Below, in pieces: positions 37,101-47,512 of a stretch of 56,926 nucleotides of DNA (positions are counted from its first letter, which is position 1; each line of letters starts with the position of its first letter). Origin of the DNA: Saprolegnia diclina VS20 (taxonomy: Eukaryota); the NCBI RefSeq assembly GCF_000281045.1, contig NW_008246085.1:681205-738130 (forward strand), in the 5' to 3' direction. The notes under the pieces were generated by a model, which saw nothing but the letters and a program-made list of their open reading frames with translations, searched no databases and was not told the origin of the DNA. The translations under genes and the position numbers were made by a program.

Positions 37101-37240
37101 GGCGGGACATACGAGTAGCGTGGGTCATCGGCGTTCGAGTCGTGGTGGCGCGACGGCTTGTCGAGGCGCACGAACTCGGTCTCGGCGTGGCCGTCCGACC
37201 GCATCGGCGTCCCTTGCAGCAGCCGCGAGTCTGTCGCCAT
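34157..37240 (-). CDS. CesA: Cellulose synthase with N-terminal PH domain (oomycete CesA1/2/4 type), intronless
   Basis: PH domain (GYMHKQG...WRKRYF..IYYF...W); GT2 motifs DDG, KAGNIN, DND, FVQTPQ, LTED, QRKRW; C-terminal TM helices with WFVT. Confidence 0.95.
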   Translation of the reverse strand: MATDSRLLQGTPMRSDGHAETEFVRLDKPSRHHDSNADDPRYSYVPPMKVTERNAAAGTPPSSSASGDSNVISVHGYMHKQGKRALKGPIHKSWRKRYFALEKAKIYYFQNDGDCRRYFQTRNSELVVGAIELKDALQLRPSARLDLPTKGFEIHTKRRLWVLCPETDEEYRMWFSGVESSIVQNGAGNVIERSLPNVRKYVMKGLATYRSLYVLFLLAGLVEIAGLVFWFVVGLQPCDQARLTVDCSTILSQTMDKLYCQSKPFNGVFTPPKWWLQLAGVETVACFASPSIPQWVSYFCLLVAELISFVLGAIYYLGMWKPVRRGAHYLDEFEPKLPDEQWPRVDIFICHYSEPADETIDTLAACMNIQYPPHLLQIYILDDGYCKTKFTKGNPVPDIELNKGVIEKAGDLRQEIAQFMYDRVCDPNEELEVYAWRKLHSSANLPSASRPRVVPRIDCSLGSFRDDYKYSGLPHVTFVGRVKPPTHYSKAGNINNACYNEGAIGRYCLILDNDMQPHPKFLLATLPFFFDSEERLGKVKYTCCTSGCNNIARMCCASCKIAGVPEEQMSYCSQQCFENSMHTASALHRRQVNGTMTEKHTKGEKTLKCVSCGNNVDKYGVCKKCNTAENLEDGLTANSNYSDEVRDNAVGFVQTPQYFRDCVQFQIGDPLGHRNATFYDAIQTGQDGYECASFAGTNAIFRREALDSIGGIQYGSLTEDCYTGMQLCGMGWKGLYFRKDFEGEMSERIRLAEGLVPDNVASSLAQRKRWAKGNFQIMLMNKKKNYFDPDWQRPVCQVPPKPKKHGFMRKVFYINSTIYPIGSICAVLFYYITLYFLFTGYAPIYMAGLRLLYALVPKLLIQGMLSAMSNRTVENNDVVRSQEAWFAYAFTHTSAVFETFWWKLTGREPTWFVTGSSSRGSTTELPNVVMFFAHVFGVIWALIRFFATYNSLQTSHGASLLVASMMMGIFIASKLGPSVRMSIQEYFGWSYHSLMDQGNFIGQSMIAFGLIFITLWVYIEKPSSNPF

Positions 37241-38577
37241 GCTCCAATTTCCAAATGAGCGACAATCGCGGTGCTGCAAAAATTCCAAAAGTTGGGACAG
37301 CTTGGGCGTTACTCACTGTAGTGTTCGAATATAATACCTTGGACTTTGTATGTGAGGAATAAAAATCGAAGAAGAGATCCAGCTGCCACGACCCTCACGT
37401 GGAGAGTGCGTCGTTTTCACTTGGTGTTTGTATGCGGAGAGGAGAGTCGAAAATCGAAGCTTCCCCGCCTTTTTCGAGGGATCGCGCGACTTTGACGAGG
37501 AGCGGTGGAATTTTAGCGCGCGTGGTGGCAGTCTCCAGCATCCGACCAAATATACGCCACAAAGGACCGACTAACTAAATCACGCCAAGAATATTAACTC
37601 GACTAGACCCGGTGACGCCACACTGCTGTCGCAGGGGTTGGATTGGCCCGTGCACTCAGTGCCACCCGTTGGTGCTGCCTCGCCGCTGCGCCGGTTTAGG
37701 CAATAAGAACCCATATAGTACGGCCGCGGACTCCCGACGAGATGCGCGCGCAGGAATCTTCGCTGAGCAATGAGACCGCGGGGGTTGCAGTGATCGCTGA
37801 AATTTCAGGCTGCAGTGATCGTGTGCGAGTTTGTAAGCGCAGATTCAAGGCCAAGGGGACCGGTCATCGAGTAGCTAGCATCTCAATTGCTTGGCGTCAG
37901 GTCTCGTATCATGCCTGCAAGATTGTTGAGCGAACGGTGGAGATGCTTGCTCGGATGGCGCGAAAAAAGTGAGCCGTCCGACCACGTTCGACGGTGGTGT
38001 ACTGCGTCGTGTGCATCGAGAGGGTTGTGACGTTCAAACGTCGAAGTGCAAAACTCGACTCGAGTACAGAGCTCGACGCACGTGCAGCGGTCCAGAGCCA
38101 CGACCAGCTGTCCAACGCCAAGCAGACGGCCATGCGGCAGCCATTCCACTCCAGTGTCTCTTTTGAATACCACCATCGTAATACGACGCGGCTATGCGTC
38201 CCAATAAGGCGGTGAGCCGCCAACAGCCTCGGCAGCAAGGCCCTGCGCACTTGCCAGGACGCGTGCTGCGTAGCTGGCTTGGCCCGCTGGTGTAATGCGT
38301 TACCGCCTCGGGTCGGTCGAGTCCGTTTCGCGGGCGTCTTGCCCGAGTACTGCGCGGCGCCACTGCCAGCACGCTCAGCTGCGCGCCCGCTAGAAGTCCT
38401 AGCCTATCGGTCCCTTGGCTTAGCTCCTTGGCTTGTGGTTCCTGATTCCGGAGCCATGGGTGCGTGCTTGGTGCCACCTCGTCTACGAGCGTAGGACAGT
38501 GTTATCCGGCTTTTGTAGATCCTTATCCGGTTCATTAAATCCACCAATAAGGTGCGATATTGTCGTCACAGGACATG

Positions 38578-38634
38578 TGATTGGTCAGCGGATTTTTGAC
38601 CAATCAGAGACACCCACCTCACTTTTTGTTTTGG
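38578..38634 (+). promoter_or_regulatory. Inverted CCAAT pair plus Inr/FPR upstream of the GOLD gene
   Basis: TGATTGGTCA-N9-TGACCAATCA, then TCACTTTTTGTTTTGG just before ATG 38639. Confidence 0.6.
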
Positions 38635-38638
38635 CAGC

Positions 38639-41600
38639 ATGGAGGCCGCCCCGCGCAGTGGCGGACCGGCCGACGTCGACCGCTTGAGCGCCCAAGTCCG
38701 CGCGACGGCCGAGAAGCTGCGCAAGCGAGCCGAAGACGCAGCTTCAAGAAATGGCACGCAGGCGTCGACGGCCATGCTTCTCTCTGTCGACCAGCTGCTC
38801 CAAGCTGCCGATCTTTTGCAGCTCCAGCAGACCCAGCTCGCGGCACAGGCGCCTCGGAGTGGCGCCATGTCCTCGATGCACATGTCGTCGACCATCCGGC
38901 ACCTTGTTCAGGTCGCCAACATGCTTGACAAGAAGAGCGACGAGATGAAGGCCAAGCAGGCCATGGGTCCGGCCAATGCGTTGGCCACGTCGGCGTCGCA
39001 CGTCCGCACGGGCGTCGACGCCCTCGAGCGCATCCACACGTGGATCCACGACCAGCTGGGCGAGGCCATGACCGTCGACTTGGACATCATTGCAGCGCTG
39101 GAGCAGATCTCGGGACATGGGACGTCAGCACCAGAGGTTGACGTTGCAGCATACGTTGCCAGCGCCATCGAGCAGGAACAGGTCAAGTACGCGGCCGACA
39201 TCGGCGTGCTCCAGGCCCAACTCGACGTGCAAGTGGCGGTGGCTCAAGCGTACAAGCAGAAGCTCGATGACACACTCGAAGCCGCCGACGCAGAGCGCGA
39301 AGACCTCAGCGCTCGCGTGGCAGCCAACGAGAGCGCACATGCCGCCGCTGTTCGGGAACTAGAGCTAGCGCACGCGGCCGCGTGTAGCGCACAAGCGACG
39401 CAGTGCGAATCGCTAGTGGCGGAGCGCGACGCTACCCGTGCTGAAATCGAGTCGCTCACGAGTGAGCTCCGCGCCAAAGAAGACTCGGCGCGCGACGACG
39501 CCCACGCCCACGAAGCCGCTCTCCAAGCTCTGCGCGACGACCTTGTCTCACTGCAAGCTACCGCCGCCACCACCGACGCCTCGTGGCGCCAGCAGTTGGA
39601 CGCACAAGCGGCAGTGCTCGCAGCAGCGTCCGAAGCGTCATCCGAGCGCCCATCGCAGCAGGACGCTGAGCAAAAGCTTATGGACCTGACCGTGTCGGTC
39701 GCGTCCTTGCAGGCAGCGCTGGACGAGGCGCGGTACGAGCAGGACGACGTCGCGGCCAAGCTGGCTGCTGCGCTCGAGACGTTGGCTCTAAAAGAGGAGC
39801 GCCTCTCGGACCTCGAAGCCACGTTGGCTGCGACGGCAAGTCCCTACGTCGACGAAGTCGGCCCGCCCCAAGTCGACGACTCGCTGCAGCACGAGCTCGC
39901 TGCGACACTGGGTCGCGTTACCGAGCTGCAGATGGACGTTCAAGCGCTCGCGGCGCAGCTCGCAGCCCTTGAGGCGACCAACGCCGACTTGCAATCGCGA
40001 CTCGATGAAGCCAACGCTGCCGAGAGCGCTGCGGCGACACTGCGTGCCGAGAGCGACGAGCTTCGCGCCGCCGTTCAGAGTGCAGAGTCGCTTCAAAGCG
40101 CGTCGGAAGCGCGAGTCGCAACGCTGGAAGCTGTCATGGCCAGACAAGCTGCCGACATGGAGGCGCGGGTCGCAACGTTGGAAGCGACGATAGCGTCGCA
40201 AGCTGCCGACGCAGACGCGCAGCTCGCCGACATCTGCGCCCAGCGGGACGCTGCGGTGACGGCACACAATACGCTTCAGGCCGACCTCGAAGCAGCGCGC
40301 GTGGATCTCCGCACCGTCTCGGAGAAGGCGGCGTCTCTGCAGCAGCAGGTCGTCGCGCTCGAGGCCCAGCAAGTGTCCACGGACGTGCAAGCCGAGTTGA
40401 TCGAAGCCCGCGCCCAGCTGAGCACGGCGCTCGAAGCGCATTTTGTTCTTAGCGCCAGCGAAGCAGCGCTGCAGCTGGAGCTCCAAGTCGCGCGGGAGGA
40501 GCTCCACAGAGCAACCTCGTCAATGGCGTCTCTGCAACTCCAAGTCGACGCGCATCAAACTAGCGAGCAGACGCATGCGGTCGAGCTCCAGCGTGCCGCT
40601 GCAGTCGAGGCGCAACTCCGCAGTGAGATCGACACGGTCCGCGCCGAGCTCGCAGCGCGGGATACGACGTGCGCTCGGCTTGTAGAGCGCCAGCGCAGTG
40701 TCGACGCGCAACTGTTGCAGTTGAAGGCGCAGGCGCAGGCTGCCGGGGCCGACTGGCATCTCGAGAAGGCCGCAGTGACCAAGCTCTTGCACAACTGGCA
40801 GTCGGACCTGCGCGAGAAGTGCGACGTGGTGCTGAGCCAAGTGGTGGCCGGCGACGCCGGCGCGACCGACCTGCAGACGCTCCAGGCGGCGTTTGACCAG
40901 TACAAGACGCGGGCTGGCGCGGCGCTCAAGAAAGCCGAGAAGCGCGCGGCGCTCCTCAACCCGATGCGCAGCGCAAACGAGGCGCTGAGTACGCGCGTCG
41001 CGGACCTCGACGCCCAGCTACGGGACCAGCAGGAGCGCGTTGAGGCGGCGCACATGGCCGTCGAAGAAATGACGATGCGTGCGTCACCGCCATCTTGTCT
41101 CCTCTTAGGTTTCATGGCGGACAAACGTAGGTATGAGCAGTCTCAACGATCTTGCCGCAGCGGTCGAGCAGGCAGCTTCTGCGCAAACCGCCTTGGCGGC
41201 CAAGGAGGCGGATATCGAGGGCTTGCGGTGCGAGGTCGCTGCGTCGGCGGCCCAGCTGGACCTGGCCGAGACTGTCGTCGCTGAGAAGGACAAGTTCCTT
41301 AGCTCCCTCCGAGAACAGATTCGGGAGCTGCAGCATGCGCTCGAGGCAGCCGAGGCCACCCACGCTGTGGCCCTCGCAGCCAAGGACGCTGCAATTGACG
41401 CCGCCGTCGGCGCGCGTGACGCCATCCTCGCTGAGGCCAAGGTTGGCAAGGCAGCGCTTGAAACCAAGCTCTCGGTGCAGGCCGCTGCCTACGACGAGCG
41501 CATCGAGCTCATCCACCACGACTACGCACAGCAGCAAGAGGCCAAAAAGGCGCCTGACGTCCCGGACGACACCAAGGTGGCGCTGAAAGAGGCCGACGAA

Positions 41601-43123
41601 CTGCGTCGCGCGACAGACGCCCTGGAAGCGCTGCATGCCGACGAGATTCTTGGCCTCCAGGCCACGCTGCACGCCGAGAAGGAACGCGTCGCAGCGCTCA
41701 CGAATCGCATCTCGCAGCTTGAGGCATCGCTCGATGAACGGGGCAAAACAACCCAGGCGCTCGGCCAAGACCCAAAGCCGCGCTCGATCGAAGTTGCGTT
41801 AGCTCCCTCGGACACGCCGCCGGTGTCTTTCCCGTCGTTCGGTCCGCCGTCCAACCCAAACCCGGCGGCTGCGTCGTCGGACGTGGAGATTCTCCGAGCC
41901 AAGGTGCTCGCGCACGAGAACACGATCGCCAGCTTGCAAGAGACTCTGACCGAGAAGCTGCAGCAACTCGCGGCGCTCAAACAGCCCAAGCACGTCACGG
42001 TCCTCGAAGACCTCCAGCGTGTCGTGGACGAAGAGCGCGACGCGGTCGCTCAGCGCCAGGGTTGGCACCATCAGCAAATGACGTCACTGACCGACGCTGC
42101 CCACGTACGACCTTCGACTCGAGGTGTGTCTTGACCTGCGTCTAGGCGTGGCTGGAATCGGCGCGGGCGCAGTTCGCGCTCCACGAAGAGATTCAATTGT
42201 CGCTCGAGAAGCGCGAGTCGCCGCCGACGCCCGACGTGGCAGCCATCGCGTCCGACGTGATGGAGCCCGGTCTTATCTTCAAGAGCGGTGTCGTCGTCAA
42301 GGCCGGCGCCAACTTCTCGCTCCCAGTCGTGTGCACCGTCGGGACGGTCGTCGACTGGACCTTCCGCATCGACGAGGTCGGCGGCGATGTCGACTTTTAT
42401 CTGCGCTTTGTCAGCGACGACGGCAGCCGCCGCGAGGTGCAGCCGCTGGACCGCGTCGAGAAGCTCAGCGGCGCCTTCACCGTCGACGCACCCGGGACGC
42501 TCACGTTCTCCTGGGACAATAGCTTCTCGTGGCTCAACGAAAAGACACTCGACTACCACGTCGCCGTGCTCGAGCGCGTCGATGTGGCCACCCAAGCGCA
42601 CCGGCGCCAGGTCGCCGCCTCGGACGCCGAGCTCGCGAGTCTCCGCGACCACCTCGCCCTCCTGGTATATCGATCGGTGTTGGGATCTCCATTCAACTGT
42701 GGTTGGTCTCGCTAGACAAAGGAGGAAGCTGTGATGGCGAACCTACTCGCTTTCCAGGCGACGGCCGCGCCGCTCCTCCAGAACCTCGAGCTCTGTCTCG
42801 AGGAGTGCTCGGCCCATCGCGAGGTTCGATTTGCCTCGACGGCGTCGCAAGTAACGACTTGGTCCGTGTAGATGGTGGTGTGTCCCAAGCTCGAGCAGGT
42901 TCAGGCGCGCATGGAGGCGCTCAAGGCGATGATCAGCCTCTACGTGGCCGAGCAACACACGCTCAGCGAGTCGTCAGCAACGCTCCACGAACTGGCGGCC
43001 GAGATCCGCAGCGAGCAAAGCGACGTGTGCACGACGCACTCGCTCTGGGCGAACCGCGTCACGACCTCCGACGTTGTCCGCGCCGAGATCCAAGCTGCCG
43101 AAGCGCAGCGCGCACCCCACTAA
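38639..43123 (+). CDS. Long coiled-coil (golgin/FYCO1-like) protein with GOLD domain, multi-exon
   Basis: More than 1000 aa of Ala/Glu/Leu heptads, FDQYKTRA, and GOLD motif VKAG..F....WTF...DVDF...G.F....PGTLTFSWDNSFSW. Introns ~41079, ~42105, ~42665, ~42851. Confidence 0.78.
40107..40215 (+). repeat. Two ~54-bp tandem coding repeats
   Basis: EARVATLEAVMARQAAD / EARVATLEATIASQAAD. Confidence 0.75.
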
Positions 43124-43309
43124 GAAGAATCGCATCTTAGACATGCGTTTTGTGGGTTTCAAACGTTGCGACGGAAACGCCCGCAGGACGAGTCATCCCA
43201 AGCTACCCAAGACGAAGCGCCTGCAGTTGACCTCGCGCCGGTGCAGCACCCGTCGCAGCAGCAGTCGTACTGTACTAGTATGGTATATTCACTTGCTGCG
43301 ACGATCTGT

Positions 43310-43645
43310 CTATGGCGTCAAGTCGACGAGAAGCGCGACGATCTCGGCGTCGATCGCTGCGGGGTCCGTTGCGTCAAATGCGATCGGGTCGAAGCGGGGT
43401 GGGTTGTCCAGCAGCAGCGCCAGCACCGGCCACGCGTCGTAGCAGCTGTTGTTGTCGGCGTCGTCGGCCGCGAACGGCACGGGCTCGGGCAGCGCTTTGG
43501 TTCTAGCGCGCTTGGAGATGTGTTTCTTCTGGATGATGTTGGCCTTCTGGCGGTGGTAGACGCAAAAGTTGTGCAGCGACCCGTTGCGCTTGCGCGTCCG
43601 TGGCTCGAAGCAGGCCTTGTACGCGTACTTGCACCGCTGCTCCAT
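43310..43645 (-). CDS. Small C3H zinc-finger-like protein, copy 1
   Basis: MEQRCKYAYKACFEPRTRKRNGSLHNFCVYHRQKAN, followed by an acidic/hydrophobic tail. Confidence 0.75.
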   Translation of the reverse strand: MEQRCKYAYKACFEPRTRKRNGSLHNFCVYHRQKANIIQKKHISKRARTKALPEPVPFAADDADNNSCYDAWPVLALLLDNPPRFDPIAFDATDPAAIDAEIVALLVDLTP

Positions 43646-44184
43646 ACGTCGCCAAATCCAAAATGCAAGTCGACCGTTATGCGGCGGTACTCCATCGAAC
43701 CGTTCGATCGCCATCCAGTCATGCTACGAGGTTGCCTCCTCCAACTGCCAGAATGCCGGGTAACTGATGCACGCCCTTGATGACGGCGGCGGGCATGCGC
43801 GCTTCCTGCTTCCTTGAGCTTGTCGGTCAAGAGGCTAGGATCGGCGATAGAACCAAATGGTTGTCCAACGGGTGCATACGTACGCGTGGTAGGTACCTGG
43901 ACCGAGCCGGTCTCGTCCGGAGATTGCGCAACGTTTACCCCCCAACGTCGATGGTTCTCATGCCCGTTGCGCTTCGTGCGAACGCTAGTAAAGGTTCGAG
44001 CTCGCTGTGGACGGACGGCTGTGATGATCGACGCTCGCTGCGCCGTCCGATGTGCGAGGATTTCGTCAGGTGACATTGCGCTGGTGGTATGCGCCGACGT
44101 TGCGTTTGTTCTGAAGATACTTCTCGCTTCAAGCTCTTCGAAACCCTTGCAGCTTGCAACGTTCGCTGCTGTTCCGGCGAGATT

Positions 44185-44218
44185 TCGGACTTAGCCATCG
44201 GACTTAGCCATCGGACTT
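44185..44218. repeat. 13-bp tandem repeat (TCGGACTTAGCCA x2.6) in divergent intergenic region
   Basis: tcggacttagcca tcggacttagcca tcggactt read directly. Confidence 0.85.
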
Positions 44219-44506
44219 GGGCAAGAACCGAGCCGACGGCAGGCCCAAAACTGAGATTGCAAGTTGTCTTCCTGGCGGTTGGGACGGGTTGCGACTTGGA
44301 CATCGGAGGCTCCTGTTGTCTGCAAACCAAACCCAGGACCTTGCAACGGATGAGCGGAAACGGGAGGCGGCTGGTGCTGTTCAGAGCAGTTGGAACGCGG
44401 TGGCTCACGCACGCTGACCGACATTGCATCAGCTGCTCACTGAACCCATCGCGCCACCCAGCTACTCGCAACAACGGGGTGCGAATTCAGTTTCCGATTG
44501 GTTTGG

Positions 44507-44776
44507 ATGGACCCAGCGAGTCTGTGCCACTACTCGTACAAGGCGTGCTACAACGTCCGCGACCGGAAGCGCAACGGCGACCTCCACAAGCTCTGCGCCT
44601 TCCACCGCTGCAAGGCCAACGCATCGCACCGCAAGCACGTCCTCAAGCGGGCGTCGCTCACGCCACCAGACGACGACGACGCCTTTTACTGTCTAGCGCT
44701 CGAGCCGCTTCGGTTCGACGACACGTCATGGCCCACAGTCGACATGGAGACGATCCAGATGCTCCTATCTCTCTAA
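44507..44776 (+). CDS. Small C3H zinc-finger-like protein, copy 2
   Basis: MDPASLCHYSYKACYNVRDRKRNGDLHKLCAFHRCKAN, followed by an acidic tail ending ETIQMLLSL. Confidence 0.75.
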   Translation: MDPASLCHYSYKACYNVRDRKRNGDLHKLCAFHRCKANASHRKHVLKRASLTPPDDDDAFYCLALEPLRFDDTSWPTVDMETIQMLLSL

Positions 44777-44974
44777 TTGTATGTAAATCAACCTGCAAGT
44801 GATCACCTTCGCTCGCTGTGCGGGACGACGGAAACGGGCTTCTCCCTGGTGGGTTGCATAACGAACGGATGACTCGTCAAGGCGCAGCGGCCTCCTCAAC
44901 GGCGTCAGAGCGTCGTGTCGTAGCAGCAGAAGTAGTAGAAGTACGCGGTGTGTATTAGAGGTGGAGCGATATAT

Positions 44975-45430
44975 CTATGGAACGAGGTCGACGAGAAGCG
45001 CGACGATCTCGGCGTCGATCGCTGCGGGGNNNNNNNNNNNNNNNNNNNNNNNNNNNNNNNNNNNNNNNNNNNNNNNNNNNNNNNNNNNNNNNNNNNNNNN
45101 NNNNNNNNNNNNNNNNNNNNNNNNNNNNNNNNNNNNNNNNNNNNNNNNNNNNNNNNNNNNNNNNNNNNNNNNNNNNNNNNNNNNNNNNNNNNNNNNNNNN
45201 NNNNNNNNNNNNNNNNNNNNNNNNNNNNNNNNNNNNNNNNNNNNNNNNNNNNNNNNNNNNNNNNNNNNNNNNNNNNNNNNNNNNNNNNNNNNNNNNNNNN
45301 NNNNNNNNNNNNNNNNNNNNNNNNNNNNNNNNNNNNNNNNNNNNNNNNNNNNNNNNNNNNNNNNNNNNNNNNNNNNNNNNNNNNNNNNNNNNNNNNNNNN
45401 NNNNNNNNNNNNNNNNNCCTCGCGTACATG
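44975..45430 (-). CDS. Probable third paralog of the C3H family, interrupted by the assembly gap
   Basis: 44987-45029 is identical over 43 nt to 43322-43364 and encodes the same C-terminus (PAAIDAEIVALLVDL..P*). The body lies in Ns, so the start is uncertain. Confidence 0.55.
   Translation of the reverse strand, partial: HVREXXXXXXXXXXXXXXXXXXXXXXXXXXXXXXXXXXXXXXXXXXXXXXXXXXXXXXXXXXXXXXXXXXXXXXXXXXXXXXXXXXXXXXXXXXXXXXXXXXXXXXXXXXXXXXXXXXXXXXXXXXXXXXXXXXPAAIDAEIVALLVDLVP
45030..45418. other. Assembly gap (N run)
   Basis: Run of n characters. Confidence 1.
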
Positions 45431-46172
45431 CCTCCACAAGGCGCAAGTACTAGCAGTGGTCGCATAAAACGCGCGCGTCCTTGATCCCGCCGGCTCGCTG
45501 TGGCTTCCACTGCGACGACGCAAGACCCTCGTGGCGCAAATGCTGATTTGTCGAAGGTGCATTATTTTAGACGTTGCGGTGGAACCGGATTCGTCGGGGG
45601 GTTGGCTCACGCCTGGGAAGCTCGGTGATCGCTGCAGTTTACCCCCCAACAGAGACCAGTGAGTAATGCCACGTACCGTACGCAGGGTACTACTGTGCTG
45701 TCGTGAACTGCACCAGACTGGACGCATACTGCACATGGAGGATGCGCTTGCACTGCTGCTCCCTTGCGACCAAGTGTTTTTGTTCGTATTTTGAGCGCCG
45801 TTTCTCGGCTATCAGCCTTCGTTCCGATGTGATGTGTCAGCCCAGTCGACGCACCCATGGGAGCACTTCTGCCCTCAGTGGCCTGCAAGATTCTCTATGG
45901 AACGCGATTGGCCGAGAGAAGTAATGCGCAAGTGTGTCGTAGGACGAGCGAGCTTCGTGTGCCCATCGAATGCCCTTGGTTTGACCGCCAAGCGCGGGGT
46001 GGCACTGCAGCGGTGACCACGTCATCATTGCAGTTGCCTTCCACATTGGCTGCCAACACACGCGATCAACGCCTGTCGCCACTACCCATGCGATCACGGC
46101 GGCTTAACGTGATGACTATCGCTGCACCAAGAAGAAGAGCGGTATCATGACGCAACATGCGATGGTTCAAGG

Positions 46173-47408
46173 TTACGGCCGGGGTCGCGCAAACCAGCAG
46201 CTCACGGAGAAGCTCACGTCGAGCGACTGCACAAAGTGCCAGAACCCAGGCGGGAGGTAGAGCATGTCGCCCGGGTGCAGCGTGCACTCGAGGTACGGCA
46301 CGCTAAGAAACGCTGGGAACGCGTCGGCGTCGACGTCCTCGACCTTGACCTGCGACGTGTTGGAGAGGAGGCCCTCGACCGCGTAGAGCTGTGCGTCCGG
46401 CGCATACAGCCGAAGGTACTTGCGCCCGACAACTTGACACAGCAGGTTGTGTGCCGGGTCAAAATGCAGCGGCGAAATCGTCTTGGCCGGTCCGAACCAC
46501 GCGTTCACGACAACCTCGTCATCGTCGTCATCGTCATCATCGTCGTCATCGTCGGGGAGTGCGCAGTAGTCGGGGACGCAGATATCCCGGCGCAGGGGTG
46601 GTATCTACACATTCGACATTATCTGACGACGTAGCATGGGACATACCTGCTCGAAAAGCGCGTGCTGGGCCAAATAGCCTGTGTTGGCGCCAGGTTTGGC
46701 AATGTGCTCGTCAATGAACTGGCCCAGCGGCATGAGCGTCTGCGACCAGTCGTCTTCCAAGTAGCTCGAGCCGATCTCGATGGGCACGGTGCGAATGCCC
46801 GCGACGCGCTTGAGGTACTGCAAGTCGGCCCAGCCCCGTTGACTGCCGTCCAGCCCCATGGCAGGCCAATGGTCCATGGCTCCTCGGATCACAACTGGCC
46901 GCCGCGGCCGCATGTAGCGTTCGCGGAACGTTGCCATCGATGGCGGAGAGATGCATTCGATGACCGTCGCCAGCGCTGGGAGCGGGTAGAGCGCTACGTG
47001 CTCGCGCGACCGAACGCACTGCCGCTTTGGTGCGTCTTGCTCGACCGACGCCGCTCGTGAGCCTCTGGCGCTCGTCGAATCGACTGCCGGGATATCGTCA
47101 CGGGGCAGCGTCTCGATGAGCGACTCCATCATAGCATGCAAGTCGTGGCCGTACGGTCCAGCCATGAGGAGGCCTGTGTCCAGAGTCTGGATCGCGGTCG
47201 CCGTGTCGGACGTGGCGGCCTGGGCCTGTGCGAGGAGGTGGCAAGCGCGGGCAAAGCGTTGCCGCCACACGACGTCGACCTCGCTCCACTTGCCGAGGTG
47301 CAGCCGGTCCCAGATGCGGTGGACCGCTTCCTCGGCAGCACCATGCGCGGCCCCGTAGTTCTGCGCTGCGACCAGCTCGGCGGCTTGTGCCAGCAGCGCT
47401 TCTTCCAT
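46173..47408 (-). CDS. KDM8: JmjC 2-oxoglutarate/Fe(II) hydroxylase JMJD5/KDM8 (2 exons)
   Basis: WDRLHLGKWSEV, LDTGLLMAG, RPVVIRG..DHWPA, RTVPIEIGSSY, GYLAQH.LFEQ, AWFGP..TISPLHFDP, PGDMLYLPP.FWHFV; poly-Asp insert ~46518-46552. Confidence 0.93.
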
Positions 47409-47428
47409 GGCACAATCAATGCTGGTTG

Positions 47429-47438
47429 TATCCGGATA
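47429..47438. promoter_or_regulatory. Palindromic TATCCGGATA in the JMJD5 / deaminase-Tudor bidirectional promoter
   Basis: Perfect 10-bp palindrome, also present at 800-809 and 53866-53875, with variants upstream of other genes. Confidence 0.5.
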
Positions 47439-47512
47439 TGACCAAACGCAATCTCAATCCTGTTTCTGTTTCGACACACTGTTTTGGGACCGAGCGTACC
47501 GGTAGTTACGCC

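Noticed and set aside
46518..46552. (GAC/GAT)n microsatellite
   Set aside because: Encodes a poly-Asp loop in JMJD5; ordinary low complexity.
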